From: Okamejei kenojei
Taxonomy: Eukaryota
DNA: 64,000 bases
NCBI GenBank assembly: GCA_035221665.1
Contig: CM069145.1
Coordinates: 21,762,001 to 21,826,000 of the forward strand
Reading direction: 5' to 3'
In this document: positions 11,908 through 24,757 of the stretch, piece by piece
How the letters are laid out: every line of letters starts with the position of its first letter
Position numbering within the stretch: position 1 is the stretch's first letter
Program-made: the position numbers and the translations under genes
The notes under the pieces: generated by a model
Seen by the model: the letters and a program-made list of their open reading frames with translations, nothing else
Told to the model about the DNA's origin: nothing
The model's database searches: none

Positions 11908-14895
11908 TGTGGCAGGGGGATGGGTACAAGAGCAGAGAGGCAGGAGGGTGTAAAATGAGGGTAGAAGCATTAGGTAGCAAGGTGAAAGGTAAAAGTGGCA
12001 GGCAGACAAAACCAGGGCAAAAATCAAAAAGGGCCACTGTTCAGCAAAATTGTATAAGGGGTAAATGCGTTGTAAAGACAAGCCTGAAGGCTTTGTGTCT
12101 CAATGCAAGGAGTATTCGTAATAAGGTGGACGAGTTGAACGTGCAGATAGATATTAATGATTATGATATAGTTGGGATCACGGAGACATGGCTCCAGGGT
12201 GACGTAGGCTGGGAGCTGAACATCCAGGGATATTCAATATTCAGGAGGGATAGAGAGAAAGGAAAAGGAGGTGGGGTAGCGTTGCTGGTTAGAGAGGAGA
12301 TTAAAGCAATGGAAAGGAAGGACATTAGCTTGGAGGATGTGGAATCGGTATGGGTAGAGCTACAAAACACTAAGGGGCAGAAAACGCTGGTGGGTGTTGT
12401 GTACAGGCCACCTAACAGTAGCAGAGAAGTTGGGGATGGTATCAAACGGGAAATTAGAAATGCGTGCGACAAAGGCAAAACAGTTATAATGGGTGACTTC
12501 AATCTACATATAGATTGGGTTAATCAAATTGGCAGGGGTGCTGAGGAAGAGGATTTTTTGGAATGTATGCGGGATAGTTATCTAAATCAACATGTAGAGG
12601 AACCAACGAGAGAGCAGGGCTATTTTAGACTGGGTTTTTGAGTAATGAGGAAGGGGTAATTAGCCGTCTTGTTGTACGTGCCCCCTTGGGCAAGAGTGAC
12701 CATAATATGGTTGAGTTCTTCATTAGGATGGAGAGTGACATTGTTAATTCAGAAACAATGGTTCTGAACTTAAAGAAAGGTAACTTTGAGGGTATGAGAC
12801 GTGAATTGGCCAAGATTGACTGGCAATTAATTCTAAAAAGGGTTGACGGTGGATATACAATGGAAGACATTTAAAGACTGCATGGATGAACTACAAAAAT
12901 TGTTCATCCCAGTTTGGCAAAAGAATAAATCGGGGAAGGTAGTGCATCCGTGGATAACAAGGGAAATCAGGGATAGTATCAAAGCAAAGGATGATGCGTA
13001 CAAAGTAGCCAGAAAAAGCAGCATACCAGAGGACTGGGAGAAATTCAGAGACCAGCAGAGGAGGACAAAGGGCTTAATTAGGAAAGGAAAAATAGATTAT
13101 GAAAGAAAACTGGCAGGGAACATAAAAACTGACTGCAAAAGTTTTTATAGATATGTGAAGAGAAAGAGGTTAGTTAAAACAAATGTAGGTCCCTTGCAGT
13201 CAGAAACAGGTGAGTTGATCATGGGGAACAAGGATATGGCGGACCAATTGAATAACTACTTTGGTTCCGTCTTCACTAAGGAAGACATAAATAATCTGCC
13301 TGAAATAGCAGGGGACTGTGGGTCAAAGGAGGAATTGAGTGAAATCCAGGTCAGTCGGGAAGTGGTGTTGGGTAAATTGAATAGATTAAAGGCCGATAAA
13401 TCCCCAGGGCCAGATAGGCTGCATCCCAGAGTACTTAAGGAAGTAGCTCAGGAAATGGTGGATGCATTAGTGATAATCTTTCAAAACTCTTTAGATTCTG
13501 GAGTAGTTCCTGAGGATTGGCGGGGAGCAAATGTAACCCCTCTTTTTAAGAAGGGAGGGAGAGAGAAAACGGGGAATTACAGACCAGTTAGTCTAACATC
13601 GGTAGTGGGGAAACTGCTAGAGTCAGTTATTAAAGATGGGATAGCAGCACATTTGGAAAGTGGTGAAATCATTGGACAAAGTCAGCATGGATTTACAAAA
13701 GGTAAATCATGTCTGACGAATCTTGTGGAATTTTTTCGAGGATGTAACTAGTAGCGTGGATAAGGGAGAACCAGTGGATGTGGTATATCTGGACTTCCAG
13801 AAGGCTTTCTACAAGGTCCCACATAAGAGATTAGTATACAAACTTAAAGCATACGGTATTAGGGGTTCAGTATTGATGTGGATAGAGAACTGGCTGGCAA
13901 ACAGGAAAGCAAAGAGTAGGAGTAAACGGGTCCTTTTCACAATGGCAGGCAGTAACTAGTGGGGTACCGCAGGGCTCAGTGCTGGGACCCCAGCTATTTA
14001 CAATATATATTAATGATCTGGATGAGGGAATTGAAGGCAATATCTCCAAGTTTGCGGATGACACTAAGCTGGGGGGCAGTGTTCGCTGTGAGGAGGATGC
14101 TAGGAGACTGCAGGGTGACTTGGATAGGCTGGGTGAGTGGGCAAATGTTTGGCAGATGCAGTATAATGTGGATAAATGTGAGGTTATCCACTTTGGTGGC
14201 AAAAACAGGAAAGCGGACTATTATTTAAATGGTGGCCGATTGGGAAAAGGGGAGATGCAGCGAGACCTGGGTGTCATGGTACACCAGTCATTGAAAGTAG
14301 GCATGCAGGTGCAGCAGGCAGTGAAAAAAAGCGAATGGTATGTTAGCTTTCATAGCAAAAGGATTTGAGTACAGGAGCAGGGAGGTTCTACTTCAGTTGT
14401 ACAGGGTCTTGGTGAGACCACACCTGGAGTATTGCGTGCAGTTTTGGTCTCCAAATCTGAGGAAGGACATTATTGCCATAGAGGGAGTGCAGAGAAGGTT
14501 CACCAGACTGATTCCTGGGATGTCAGGACTGTCTTATGAAGAAAGACTGGATAGACTCGGTTTATTACTCTCTGGAATTTAGGAGATTAAGAGGGGATCT
14601 TATAGAAACTTACAAAATTCTTAAGGGGTTGGACAGGCTAGATGCAGGAAGATTGTTCCCGATGTTTGGGGAAGTCCAGGACAAGGGGTCACAAAGCTTA
14701 AGGATAAGGGGGAAATCCTTTAAGACCGAGATGAGAAAGACTTTCTTCACACAGAGAGTGGTGAGTCTCTGGAACTCTCTGCCACAGAGGGTAGTTGAGG
14801 CCAGTTCATTGGCTATATTTAAGAGTGAGTTGGATGTGACCCTTGTGGCTAAGGGGATCAGAGGGTATGGAGAGAAGGCAGGTACGGGATACTGA
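11907..14895 (+). CDS. CR1 ORF2: APE endonuclease plus reverse transcriptase (frameshifted)
   Basis: [53 protein letters not shown] across ORFs 11907-14895. Confidence 0.92.
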
Positions 14896-16004
14896 GTTGG
14901 ATGATCAGCCATGATCATATTGAATGGCGGTGCAGGCTCGAAGGGCTGAATGGCCTACTCCTGCACCTAATTTCTATGTTTCTATTAGCTCACTCTGACA
15001 AATGCAGAACACCTCCATCCTATCTTCCACTAATCCTAGCCCATCACAAATATCACCCTTGCATAAGACCGGGATACACTTGCACAGACTACAATTACAA
15101 AGAAATACACATACTGCATGTCATAAGTTTCCTTTCTGCCCCCAACTGACACTATTTCTTCTTCACCAAATCCACCTACTGCCTTGCTCTGCTGCCTCTG
15201 ACATTTGCTATACAGCCTGATGCAAACTCTGCCATGAATTCCTAGCGCTCCAAATAGCGACGTGGTCGATCTCGCTATGAAACCTCTACAACCCACCCCA
15301 TACCGGACATACTCTTGTTCTCCTTCCTCACTGCTCAACTTCTGCTGCCAACTTTACATATCTAAGCCTTTTCCTTTCATAAGCCTCATCCACTAAGTTC
15401 TCCCAAGGCACCGTCAGTTGTATAAAATACATCATCCGCTGACTAACCATAACACTATATCAGGCCTCAAACTAGTAGTAATTATTTCCTGTTGAACAAC
15501 AAGCTTTCCTCCTAAATCTACCCACATTTCCCAATCATTGGCTCCCCATAACTGGCCTGACTCATACCTATATGCAAACTTCCCTCCTCTACCTTTATAA
15601 GCAAAATTCCTTATTCTATAGTGATCAACTTTTGTTTAAAATTGAGAGATTCTGGGAAATTTTATGAAGCAATTGATACCATACTACTCTCTGTTGCTCT
15701 ATGTTTTGAGCTGAACCCCACACACATGACTATCCTGGAGGTCAAACCTCCATACGACAAATGATATATGGCTACTGGTGACTGGAGCAAGTCATTGCCT
15801 GACCACAGTCTCTTACCCAGTGGCCAACCTACCAATGTCTGCTGACCTGATCCCTATCCCTTCCATACAGTCCTGACTGCTATGGCTGTGTAGCAGTGAA
15901 TATGATTTGAATCAACCCCCTTCTTGGAGTTATTAGCGATTTCTACATGTTCTCCTTTGACTTTAACCCACGTTTATGCTAACTCTCCACCCCTCACCCC
16001 CATC

Positions 16005-17050
16005 ACAGGTTGGCTGGATGGCAAAAGACAAAGAGTAGAAATGAAGGGGCCTTTTTCTGGTTTGCTGCCAGTGACTGGAGTTCCTCTAGGGTCGGTTCTG
16101 GGGCCGCTACTCTGGGACCGCAACGCTTCACATTGTATATTAATGATTTGGACGAGGGGGTTGAAGGCTTCGTGGCAAGGTTTGCGGATGATATGAAAAT
16201 AGGTGTAGGGGCAGGTAGTGTAGAGAAAACAGGGACTCTGCAGAAGGACCTGGACAGGTTGGGAGAGTGGGTAGAGAAGTGACAGATGGAATATAGTGTA
16301 GCAAAGTGTGGAGTCATGCATTTTGGTAGTAGGAATAAAGGCATAGACTATTTTCTAAATGGGATGAGAATCCAAAAATTGGAGGTGCAAAGGGTGCAGG
16401 ATTCCCAAAAAGTTAATCTGCAAGCAAATTGGTAGTAAAGAAAGCAAACTCAACGCTAGCATTTAATTCAAGAGGGCTTGTATACAAAAAAAGATATTAA
16501 TGTTAAGGCTCTATTAGGTACTGGTAAGGCCGCATTTGGAATATTGTGAGCAATTTTGTGCATCATATCTGTGGAAAGATGTGCTGGCTCTGGAGAGGGT
16601 CCAGGGGAGGTTTACAAGAATGATTCCAGGAATGAGTAGGTTAACCTATGATGAGCGTTTGTTGGCACTGGGCCTGTACTCGCTGGAGAATAAGGGGGGA
16701 CCTCATTGAAACATACAGAATAGTGAAAAGCTTGTATAGAGTAGATGTGGAGAGGACGTTTCCACTGGTGGAAGAGTCCAGGACTAGAGGTCATGGCCTC
16801 AGAATTAAAGGATGTTCTTTTAGGAAGGAGATGAGGAGAAATGTATTTGGTCAGAGGGTGATGAATCTGTGGAAGGATATCTTTGGCAGAGATAGATTGA
16901 TTTTTGATTAGTGCAGGTGTTAGAGGTTATGGGAAGAAGGTAGGAGAATGGGGTTATGAGGGAAAGATAGATTGCCATGATTGAATGGCGGATTAGACTT
17001 GATGGGGTGAAAGACCTAATTCTACACTAATTCCTTATGACCGTATGACA
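16005..17050 (+). mobile_element. 5'-truncated CR1 (RT to 3' end)
   Basis: [22 protein letters not shown] motifs; degenerate. Confidence 0.85.
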
Positions 17051-18974
17051 ATTTTTCATCTTCTGAAATCTTGTGTCAGCCTTTCAATTCTTTTCACACA
17101 GTTCCAGTAGATTACACATCCATAATTGAGTTACAGTTCAAGTGGGAAAATATAATTTCAATTCTCTGCCATCTTTCTCCCTTCACTGCACCACATATAA
17201 TTCTGCGCTGTGTAATGACCTAAGTGGATGGTTTGATTGTAAGATAGAGTACATTGTTTTCTGCAGCAACAATTTGACCATTAACATTTCCAAAGACAAT
17301 GTGGATGAATCCAAACCTTTTGGAATCAAGGTTGTTACTTTCTTGTGAATTTCATTGTTTTATGGACAGTTAAAACAACAGGAATTCAGAGAAAATACAT
17401 GTTATCTTCATCCGATCTTTCTTCCTTCACAGCTGACAAATTATGGAGCCTTCTTTGTTGTTCATGGCATCTTAAGTTGTTGAAATTTGGTCAATTTATA
17501 GGTACGTGGGCCATAAAACTGCCATTACTGTATATTGCCCAGTCTCACAACTGTAGGTACGGTGTGGATGTACCTGCAGTCTAGAAAATTAATTTACATT
17601 TCTGAATTCCATTCCCAAATTAAGTGCTTTAAAATCTAGATCCATTAAAATTTCTAGATCTATTAAAACATTGCATTTTTTAAATTACATTTATGACATT
17701 CAAACTTCATCTCCTGCCTATCCTGCCTTTATTTTTCACTATGGAAAATGCTTGAGGTGGTCATAAAAGCTTGTATTTTAAATTCATGATTTCCATTTGT
17801 GATTGGGTGCTTGGCATGCTTTATGTTGTTGGGCACAAGGGATCACTCACAAAGTAACACCTGATATCGGCGAACACCAAGATCACAAAATCTCTGTGGT
17901 TTGCTTTCTTTGATGTCAGTGGTAAACACCTCCAGCTAAAATATCTGAACCATAATAAAAAATATGTTAGAACATATTTACATGAAATAAAAGTAAATAA
18001 TTAGCTAACAGTAAAGGTAAAACTGTGATACATTTTCAGTTATCACGGAGGGTGTTAATATAAACAGATTTAGCTGTTTGAAATTTATGCAAACTTTCCA
18101 TTTTCTCTGAACCTACCATGGTAGATCTTCAACTTTACATTAGTGATAGAATTAAATAAACATGCCATAAACACCTATGTTGGTGTAAATTATTTGGTTC
18201 TTCCTTCAAGTTTTCTTGAAAACTTGCACCAAATGAATTGGAAAGATAATGAACAGCAGGTCATTATCTGTAGTGTTCTTTCAATTGTCAGAAAGTCAAA
18301 TGTGCCTTGATCTTTAATGGACCAAATCACTAGGGGCAGAGTCAGTAAAATATGAGATGGTATTATTTCCACATGGGATTTTGGAAGAAAAGGGGACATC
18401 AAAGATTGGCTGTAAATATATCCCTCAGCCAAGAGTAGTAAGAAGAGTTAATCCAGCACTTTGTGTCTATCTTTGGTATAAACCAGCATCTACGGTTCTT
18501 TGTTTCTACTTTCTAGAAAGCTGGTGAGTTATTTTATTCATTGACATGTCATTCCTAGCAAAGGCAACACATATTCACAATCCTGAATAGCCATTTAATT
18601 GACTGATTTATTGGATCAATTTAGAGGGCAGTTAAGAGGGAATCACATTGATAGAATTGGAGATACAGATAGGCTGGAGATACGGAATGGCCGGGGAAGG
18701 ATATACGATGAAGCTGGTGGTTTATGGCACTGTTACTGACAACAGTTTTTTTATTCATTACAGATTTATTTGAATTTAAGTTTCTGAAATATTACGGTTG
18801 AATTCAAACCTGTCATTGGGTAAACACTCTAAATATCCAACAGTAATTTGATAATTCACCCCTGTACATTCAGAAATGTTCAATTGGCTAATCTCGCAGA
18901 AAAAAACAGTTGTATTCAACTGTTATCTCTGCTAGAGTCCTTGAGTAAAGGAAGTAATTTATCTGTTTAAACAA

Positions 18975-19880
18975 AATCAGAGAGTTGTACAGCATACCAA
19001 CAGGCCCTTTGGCCCACTCTATCTAGGCTGACCATCATGTCTATCCCACGTAGATTGATACAGCTATACAGCATGGAAAGTGGCCCTTTGGCCAAACTTG
19101 ACCATGCTGGCCAAATGTGCATTCTCCGCAAGTCCCATTTGTCGGCATTTGGTCCGTATCTCTCTTAACCGTGTGTCTGTCCAAATATGTTTTCAAAGTC
19201 ATAATTGTATCTGCTTTTATAGCTCCCGGAAGAGGTCATTCCAGGTATAGACTAGCCTTCAAATGTAAATGTTACCCCTGAGGTCTCTCTTAAGTCTCTG
19301 CCCTCTCACTTTAAGCCTATGCCCTACTTTTAGAATCCTCTGACCGGGAAAAGACTGGTGAATGTTCACTTTATCCATGCCCCTCATAATTCTATATACT
19401 TCAATAAAGTCATCCTTCAGCCTCAGATGCTGTAAAGAATAAAATCTAAGCCTATCCATCCTTTCCCTATACATCAAGCCCATAAGTACAGGCGACTTCT
19501 TTGTGAATCTTTCCTGCACCATTTCCCACTTAATGATGCACCTGTCTGCATTCCTTCCATATCCCTCTACGCCTTGCGCATTGAAGTACCAGTCCAAGTG
19601 CTTCTGAAATATTATTACTACTCCTGCCTCTATCACCTCCTCTGGCAACTCATTCCAGATACTAACTACTCTATGTGGAAACTTTCCCTGTCAGATTCAC
19701 TTTCAAACTTCTCTCTCTCATTTTAAGCCTGTGCCCTCTAGTTTGGGAAACAGAATCTGGCTATCTACCGTTAAAGTGCCTCTCATAATTTTATTTAAGT
19801 CTTATCATGTTACCTCTCAGCCTCTTTAACTCAAAGTCTCCAATCCATGCAACATCCTTGCAATTTTTTTTGTGTAACCC
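18975..19880 (-). mobile_element. Cluster of old CR1 3' fragments
   Basis: ORF 19259-19648 joins two CR1 C-terminal pieces. Confidence 0.65.
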
Positions 19881-20418
19881 CTCCAACTAAATTGCATCAT
19901 TTACTTTGTTACATTTTCCAACTTACAATGGTCAAACCCTAAAAGATTTTGCTGGTTGATCTAACATCAGCAGGGCATGAGGGGAAAATTCTTCTGCTGC
20001 AAAATAAAAAGAGTGAAAGCTGGAAATCAGCAGCAAGTTGGACATTAAAAAAAATGATTTAAATAAATATTTTTAATATTTACAAGTATTACAAGGTGAT
20101 TTGGCCTTTGAATGCCGGAGGCATTTTGAAGCTTTTAAAAATTGCTCAGTACTATAAGATCAGAGAAGATAGTGTTCCAGGCAAGGGTTTTACATGAGCA
20201 CTTCTTCACAGGCAACTATGCCAACAAGAACTGTCCCATTCATTGTTTTGATTGGAATTGCACTAATAAGGAATTGAAGGAATTTCAAGTAGGAGGTCAT
20301 TCTTGAACTTAAACCTGTGAAGATGATGTTGGGCTCAAGTCTTGATATCATACTTCATGATAGGAATTTGTGTTACAGATTTGATTCACCATTGGGACAC
20401 CCACAGCACAGAACTGAG

Positions 20419-20735
20419 TTTAATTTAGTTTAGAGATACAGCATGGAAACAGGCCCTTCGGCCCACCGAGTCCATGCCAACCATCGTTCAACTGTTCCCA
20501 CTAGTTCTATGTTATCCAGCTTTCTCATCCACTGCCGACACATTAGGGGCAATATATAGAGGCCAATTAACCTACAAACTCACACGTCTTTGGGATGTGA
20601 AAGGAAACCAGAGCACCCGGAGAAAACCCACGCTTTCACAGGGAGAACAAAATAGACAGCATCCAAGGTCAGGATCGAGCCCGGGTGTCCAGCACTGTGA
20701 GGCAGCAGCTCTTCTGCTGCTCCACTGTACCACCC
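20419..20735 (-). mobile_element. V-SINE (HE1-like)
   Basis: Same structure as 6809-7093. Confidence 0.85.
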
Positions 20736-21593
20736 TATTGTGTGAATTGGTGACAATCCAATACAATGAAAATTACCAACAATTCTGGACTCCTTTGTTA
20801 AAAATGCGCTGCAGAGCTCTTCCTTATCCTGCCACGTTTTTAATCCTGAGTTCTAATATTTGACTCCTTTTGCCCTTGTCCTTAAAACCTTCATGGTTTC
20901 ACAAGAGTTGACACCTAAAATAACATAGAAAGAAACAAATAATTAATTTACCTTTAACTGTTACAAGAGTATATTTGTACTGTGATGATATTTTCTCATC
21001 TCCGAATGCCCTGACCTTCTCTTTCACTCACGTCAAGCCCACAGTGCTTGAGTGTTTTTTTTACTTGATAATTTAAATGGACAGAGAAGCAGAGGCTGCC
21101 AGCTCATGAGTTCATGACCAGACTCCCTGCAAACACAGTGCTGTGCTGTGGAAGTCCCATTGGTGAATCAAGCCCATAACACATACTCAAGTTAATCTAT
21201 TTGACATTCATTTATTTTTAAATACCTTCCACCTTATTCCCAAACAAGCAGCAAACATGTACCAGCAGAGTATAAAAGTATTGGCTGGGATTTTCCTCTT
21301 CAGTACCTTCTGTAGTGGATCAAAAGTGGATTTTAGGCTATTATAAACACCATTCAATTATTTAGTTTTTATTTCTACTTCAATACCATGTATATTGAAG
21401 AACATTTATTTCTATACATGTCATAGTATAATGCTCCAATGCTCTAAATCATGCATTTCTGTTACAAAAGTGAACACGGCTCTTTTTGAGGTTCCGACTA
21501 GTTAGCAAGCAACAAAAGCTTTTCATTGTACCTTGGTACATGTAACAATAAACTAAAATAAACTTAAACTGATATTATTACATGCAATATATA

Positions 21594-22972
21594 CTAGACC
21601 AAGTGCAGACCCATTGGGTCTGTTCCACCACTCACCCGTTCCCCCAACGCAAGCCGTTCCCCCAATGCAATTTTGCACCAATAAAGCATAGCCCCCAAAT
21701 GCACAGGCGAGGCTCATTTCTCCTCATCCCCCAGCACTCCCTCCTCCTCCTCTTTACCCTCCCTCTCCAATCCATAGAGAGGGAGGGGGTAGAGAGGTAG
21801 GGGGGGTAGAGAGGGAGGGGGGTAGAGAGGAAGGGCTAGAGAGGGAGGGGTGGTAGAGAAGGAGGGGGGTAGAGAAGGTGGTAGAGAGGGAAGGGGGTAG
21901 AGAGGGAAGGGGGCAGATAGGGAGGGGGCAGAGAGGGAGGGGAGGGAGGGTAGAGAGGGAGATGGCAAGGGAGGGAGGGGAAGGGGGTAGAGAGGGAGTG
22001 GAGCAGAGATAGAGGGTAGAGAGAGAGAGAGGGAGGGGGTAGAGGGCGAAGGGGAGAGGGAGGGGGTAGAGTGGGGGGGAGGGAGGGTAGGGGGGAGGGA
22101 GGGTAGAGAGGTAGAGAATGAGGGAAACAGAGGGGAGGGGATAGAGAGGGAGGGGGTAGAGAGGGTGGGAGTGAGGGTAGATAGGGAGGGGGCACCTCCC
22201 TCCTCCACCCCTCCCCATTTCCCACATCCACACCCCCCCATCTCCCTCTATCACCCCACACCGCACCCCATCTCCCTCCTCCTCATTTCCCTCATCCTCC
22301 TCCCCTCACTCCCATCCCTGTCCCAGGATGTACCCAGGTCGTAGAGCAGCGTCAGGGCCTGGAAAGGCCTGGTTCTTGTACTCGGACCAGCCCCGGCTGT
22401 AGACTCCAGCCATCAACTCGGCCACTGCCTGGGCTTCATCTCCAGGCTCGTCCCTGACCCAGGCTAGTCCTTGGTTCCAGTGGCTAGTCCTTGGTTCCAG
22501 CTCTGGGCTCGGCCCTCACTCCAGTTCCAGCATCACTCTCCCCACTGGGTGTCAGGCATAGTGCGCCGGCAGTGGTTGCCACGCGAGCGCTGGAATGCCC
22601 CTCCCTCCCGAAGTGTCTCGTCCTGCTTGTGAGTGCATTGTGACATCACTCGGTTTTTTTTCCGAAATTTTTCGCGCTGTTTTTAAAACATTAAATGATT
22701 AGAAAGTTCGGAAATATAGGTGGGAATGCGACGGGAAGATGTTTATTGCCTTGGTGGGAAAAATGTGAGTAGGAGGTGTGAAAATGGGAAGGCTGTGGCC
22801 TAGCGTTTGGAAGAAATAGGAAAATAGGAAAATTAACCAGATACACACACTCACTCACACACACACACACACGCGAACGCACGCGCGCACACGCACGCGC
22901 ACACACTCACTCACACACACACACACACACACACACACAGTCACAAACAAGATGAAGAGTTTTAGTATTATG
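21594..22972 (-). mobile_element. Non-autonomous Helitron
   Basis: 3' hairpin CAGACCCAATGGGTCTG (21622-21606), 8 nt, CTAG (21597-21594), then T; 5' end ...TACTAAAACTCTTCATCTTGTTTG followed by (TG)n. Confidence 0.75.
21775..22195. repeat. Purine-rich (G/A) low-complexity tract inside the Helitron
   Basis: ~420 nt almost purely G/A; G-quadruplex or triplex potential is inference. Confidence 0.9.
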
Positions 22973-23624
22973 CTAAATTAAGTGGGGCCCGTTGGGTCCC
23001 ATGTTAACATGGGAGGGCTGGTCCCCCAAAGCAATATTCCACCTCTCCACCAATTCCAACATTGGTGGCCAGTGAGCCGAGGGGATTTCTGGATGGCCGA
23101 AGGGACTCCTCCTTGGCTAGTACAGGCTTGATGGGCCGAAGGGTCGCTTTAAAAAAAAAATCTCAGTGGAATCTCAGAAAAAGGCAGGCCAAACAACTCA
23201 TTTCATTTTCATTAAGGGCTAACAAATCATTTCTTGCAAATACATTGCTGACTCACAGTTCAGTTGATTCACAGCTTAGAATCACAGTTGTGGCCTCTCC
23301 CTCGCGATCTTGCAGAGTGACTGACTCACGTCCAGACATCCGGGGATTTATAGTTCTGCACCCCCCACCCCCCCACGGAAGGGGCGTTACCTTCATCTTG
23401 CCGATTGACAGGCTAGAGGGTCAATCAGCTGATCCCAAGATTTTTTAAACCCTCATAACTTTTTTATTTTTCATCGTTCGGAAAAATCCTCGATGTTGCC
23501 TCAGCGGAGGAGGACTGTGAGTAAGATGGCCAAAAATCATAGCAATATATGGTAGCATTCTTTTCTAAAGTCAATATACAGCGCAGACAGGAAGTGGTCT
23601 CGGTGAGACTTTTAGTTACATAGA
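22973..23624 (-). mobile_element. Second Helitron, head-to-tail with the first
   Basis: 5' TCTATGTAACTAAAAGTCTC; 3' hairpin GGGACCCAACGGGCCCC then ACTTAATTTAG. Confidence 0.7.
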
Positions 23625-24039
23625 CGTTGTAGTGCCCCACACACCACATACAACTCTGTTGTAATTATTTTAATTGAGAGCAATTCTTTAACTTTTTGGA
23701 AGATCTTGGGTGTCAGTTTATGTAACAAGAATAATTAAACTATTTGCCAGATGAACCTGTTGAAACTTCAATTCAATGTTTATCCTAGACTCATGGAAAC
23801 ATCTTGCTTTGCATATATAAGCAGCTGACAGTGTAATGGTAGGTGTGCTTATTCAGATGCAATATAGCAAATATGGGAATGCAAGTGGAGTGACTAAAGC
23901 AAAGATTTTACTGAAACTTTATGATTTCTGTGTTTGCATGAGCAGCCTCCAGAATTGTTGCTGATTGTCAATAAAACTCTCCCTGCAAAATACTTTGAGC
24001 ACCACTGCACTAGATTGATTCTTAAGATGAAAAGTGCTC

Positions 24040-24485
24040 CTATGGAGATTGGCTGAGATTGGTCTATAGTTATTGGAATTTAGAAGAATGAGAGATTAAC
24101 TCTTTGAGGTGTGTGTATGAAAGGATTCATGCCAGGACACATTTTCTTTGTGATGGAGGGTTTCATCACAGGTCAAGGGGTAGACCTGAGATTTAGCAAT
24201 AAGCAAAGGAGGAACTTTTTAATGCAGAAATTTGGGTAGGGTGCTAGCAGAGGATATGAATCTCTGATCATCTCTGCTCTGGAAGGATTTGGAGGCTAGA
24301 TCATTGGTAATATTTAAAGAGAAAACATATAAAGATTCTAAGGATCACGGAATTGAGGGCTATGGAACACTGGCACAGAGAGGAGATGAGACCAAGAGCA
24401 GATCAGACATGCTAATAATGATTGCTGGGCAGGCATGAGGGAACAAGAGGCCTACCTCTACTCTTATTTTATCATGTTCTTCTAT
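24040..24485 (+). mobile_element. Old CR1 3' fragment
   Basis: Degenerate LGLYSLEFRRMR..D region and 3' UTR. Confidence 0.6.
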
Positions 24486-24530
24486 TTCTCAGATAAGCCT
24501 CAGTTGGAAAATGCAAATCCTGAGCCCAAT

Positions 24531-24757
24531 GTGTAGGAAGGAACTGCAGATGCTGGTTTACACTGAAGATAGACACAAAATGCTGGAGTAACTCAGCGGG
24601 CCAGGCAGCATCTCTGGATAGAAGGAATGGGTGGCGCTTCGGGTTAAGGCCCTTATTCAGACAGTCTGAGACGGGTCTCGATCCAAAACGTCACCCATTC
24701 ATTCCCTCCAGAGATGCTGCCTGACCCACTGAGTTACTCCAGCATTTTGTGTCTAAC
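24531..24757. mobile_element. Penelope-derived fold-back element
   Basis: ~90-bp inverted arms, decayed hammerhead cores, imperfect 12-bp TSD (24519-24530 / 24758-24769). Confidence 0.75.

Larger units (their letters stand above)
10509..14985 (+). mobile_element. Near-full-length CR1 LINE
   Basis: 5' UTR, ORF1, APE+RT ORF2, (TTTCTATG)n tail; possible CTATTAG duplication at 10502-10508 and 14982-14988. Confidence 0.95.

Noticed and set aside
17433-17501. Possible 69-bp exon (TTCCTTCACAG ... G|GTACGT)
   Set aside because: Peptide unconvincing and no other support; such site pairs arise by chance.
21714-22266. Pro/Ser/Leu-rich ORFs of 141-175 aa
   Set aside because: Artefacts of a stop-free pyrimidine tract.
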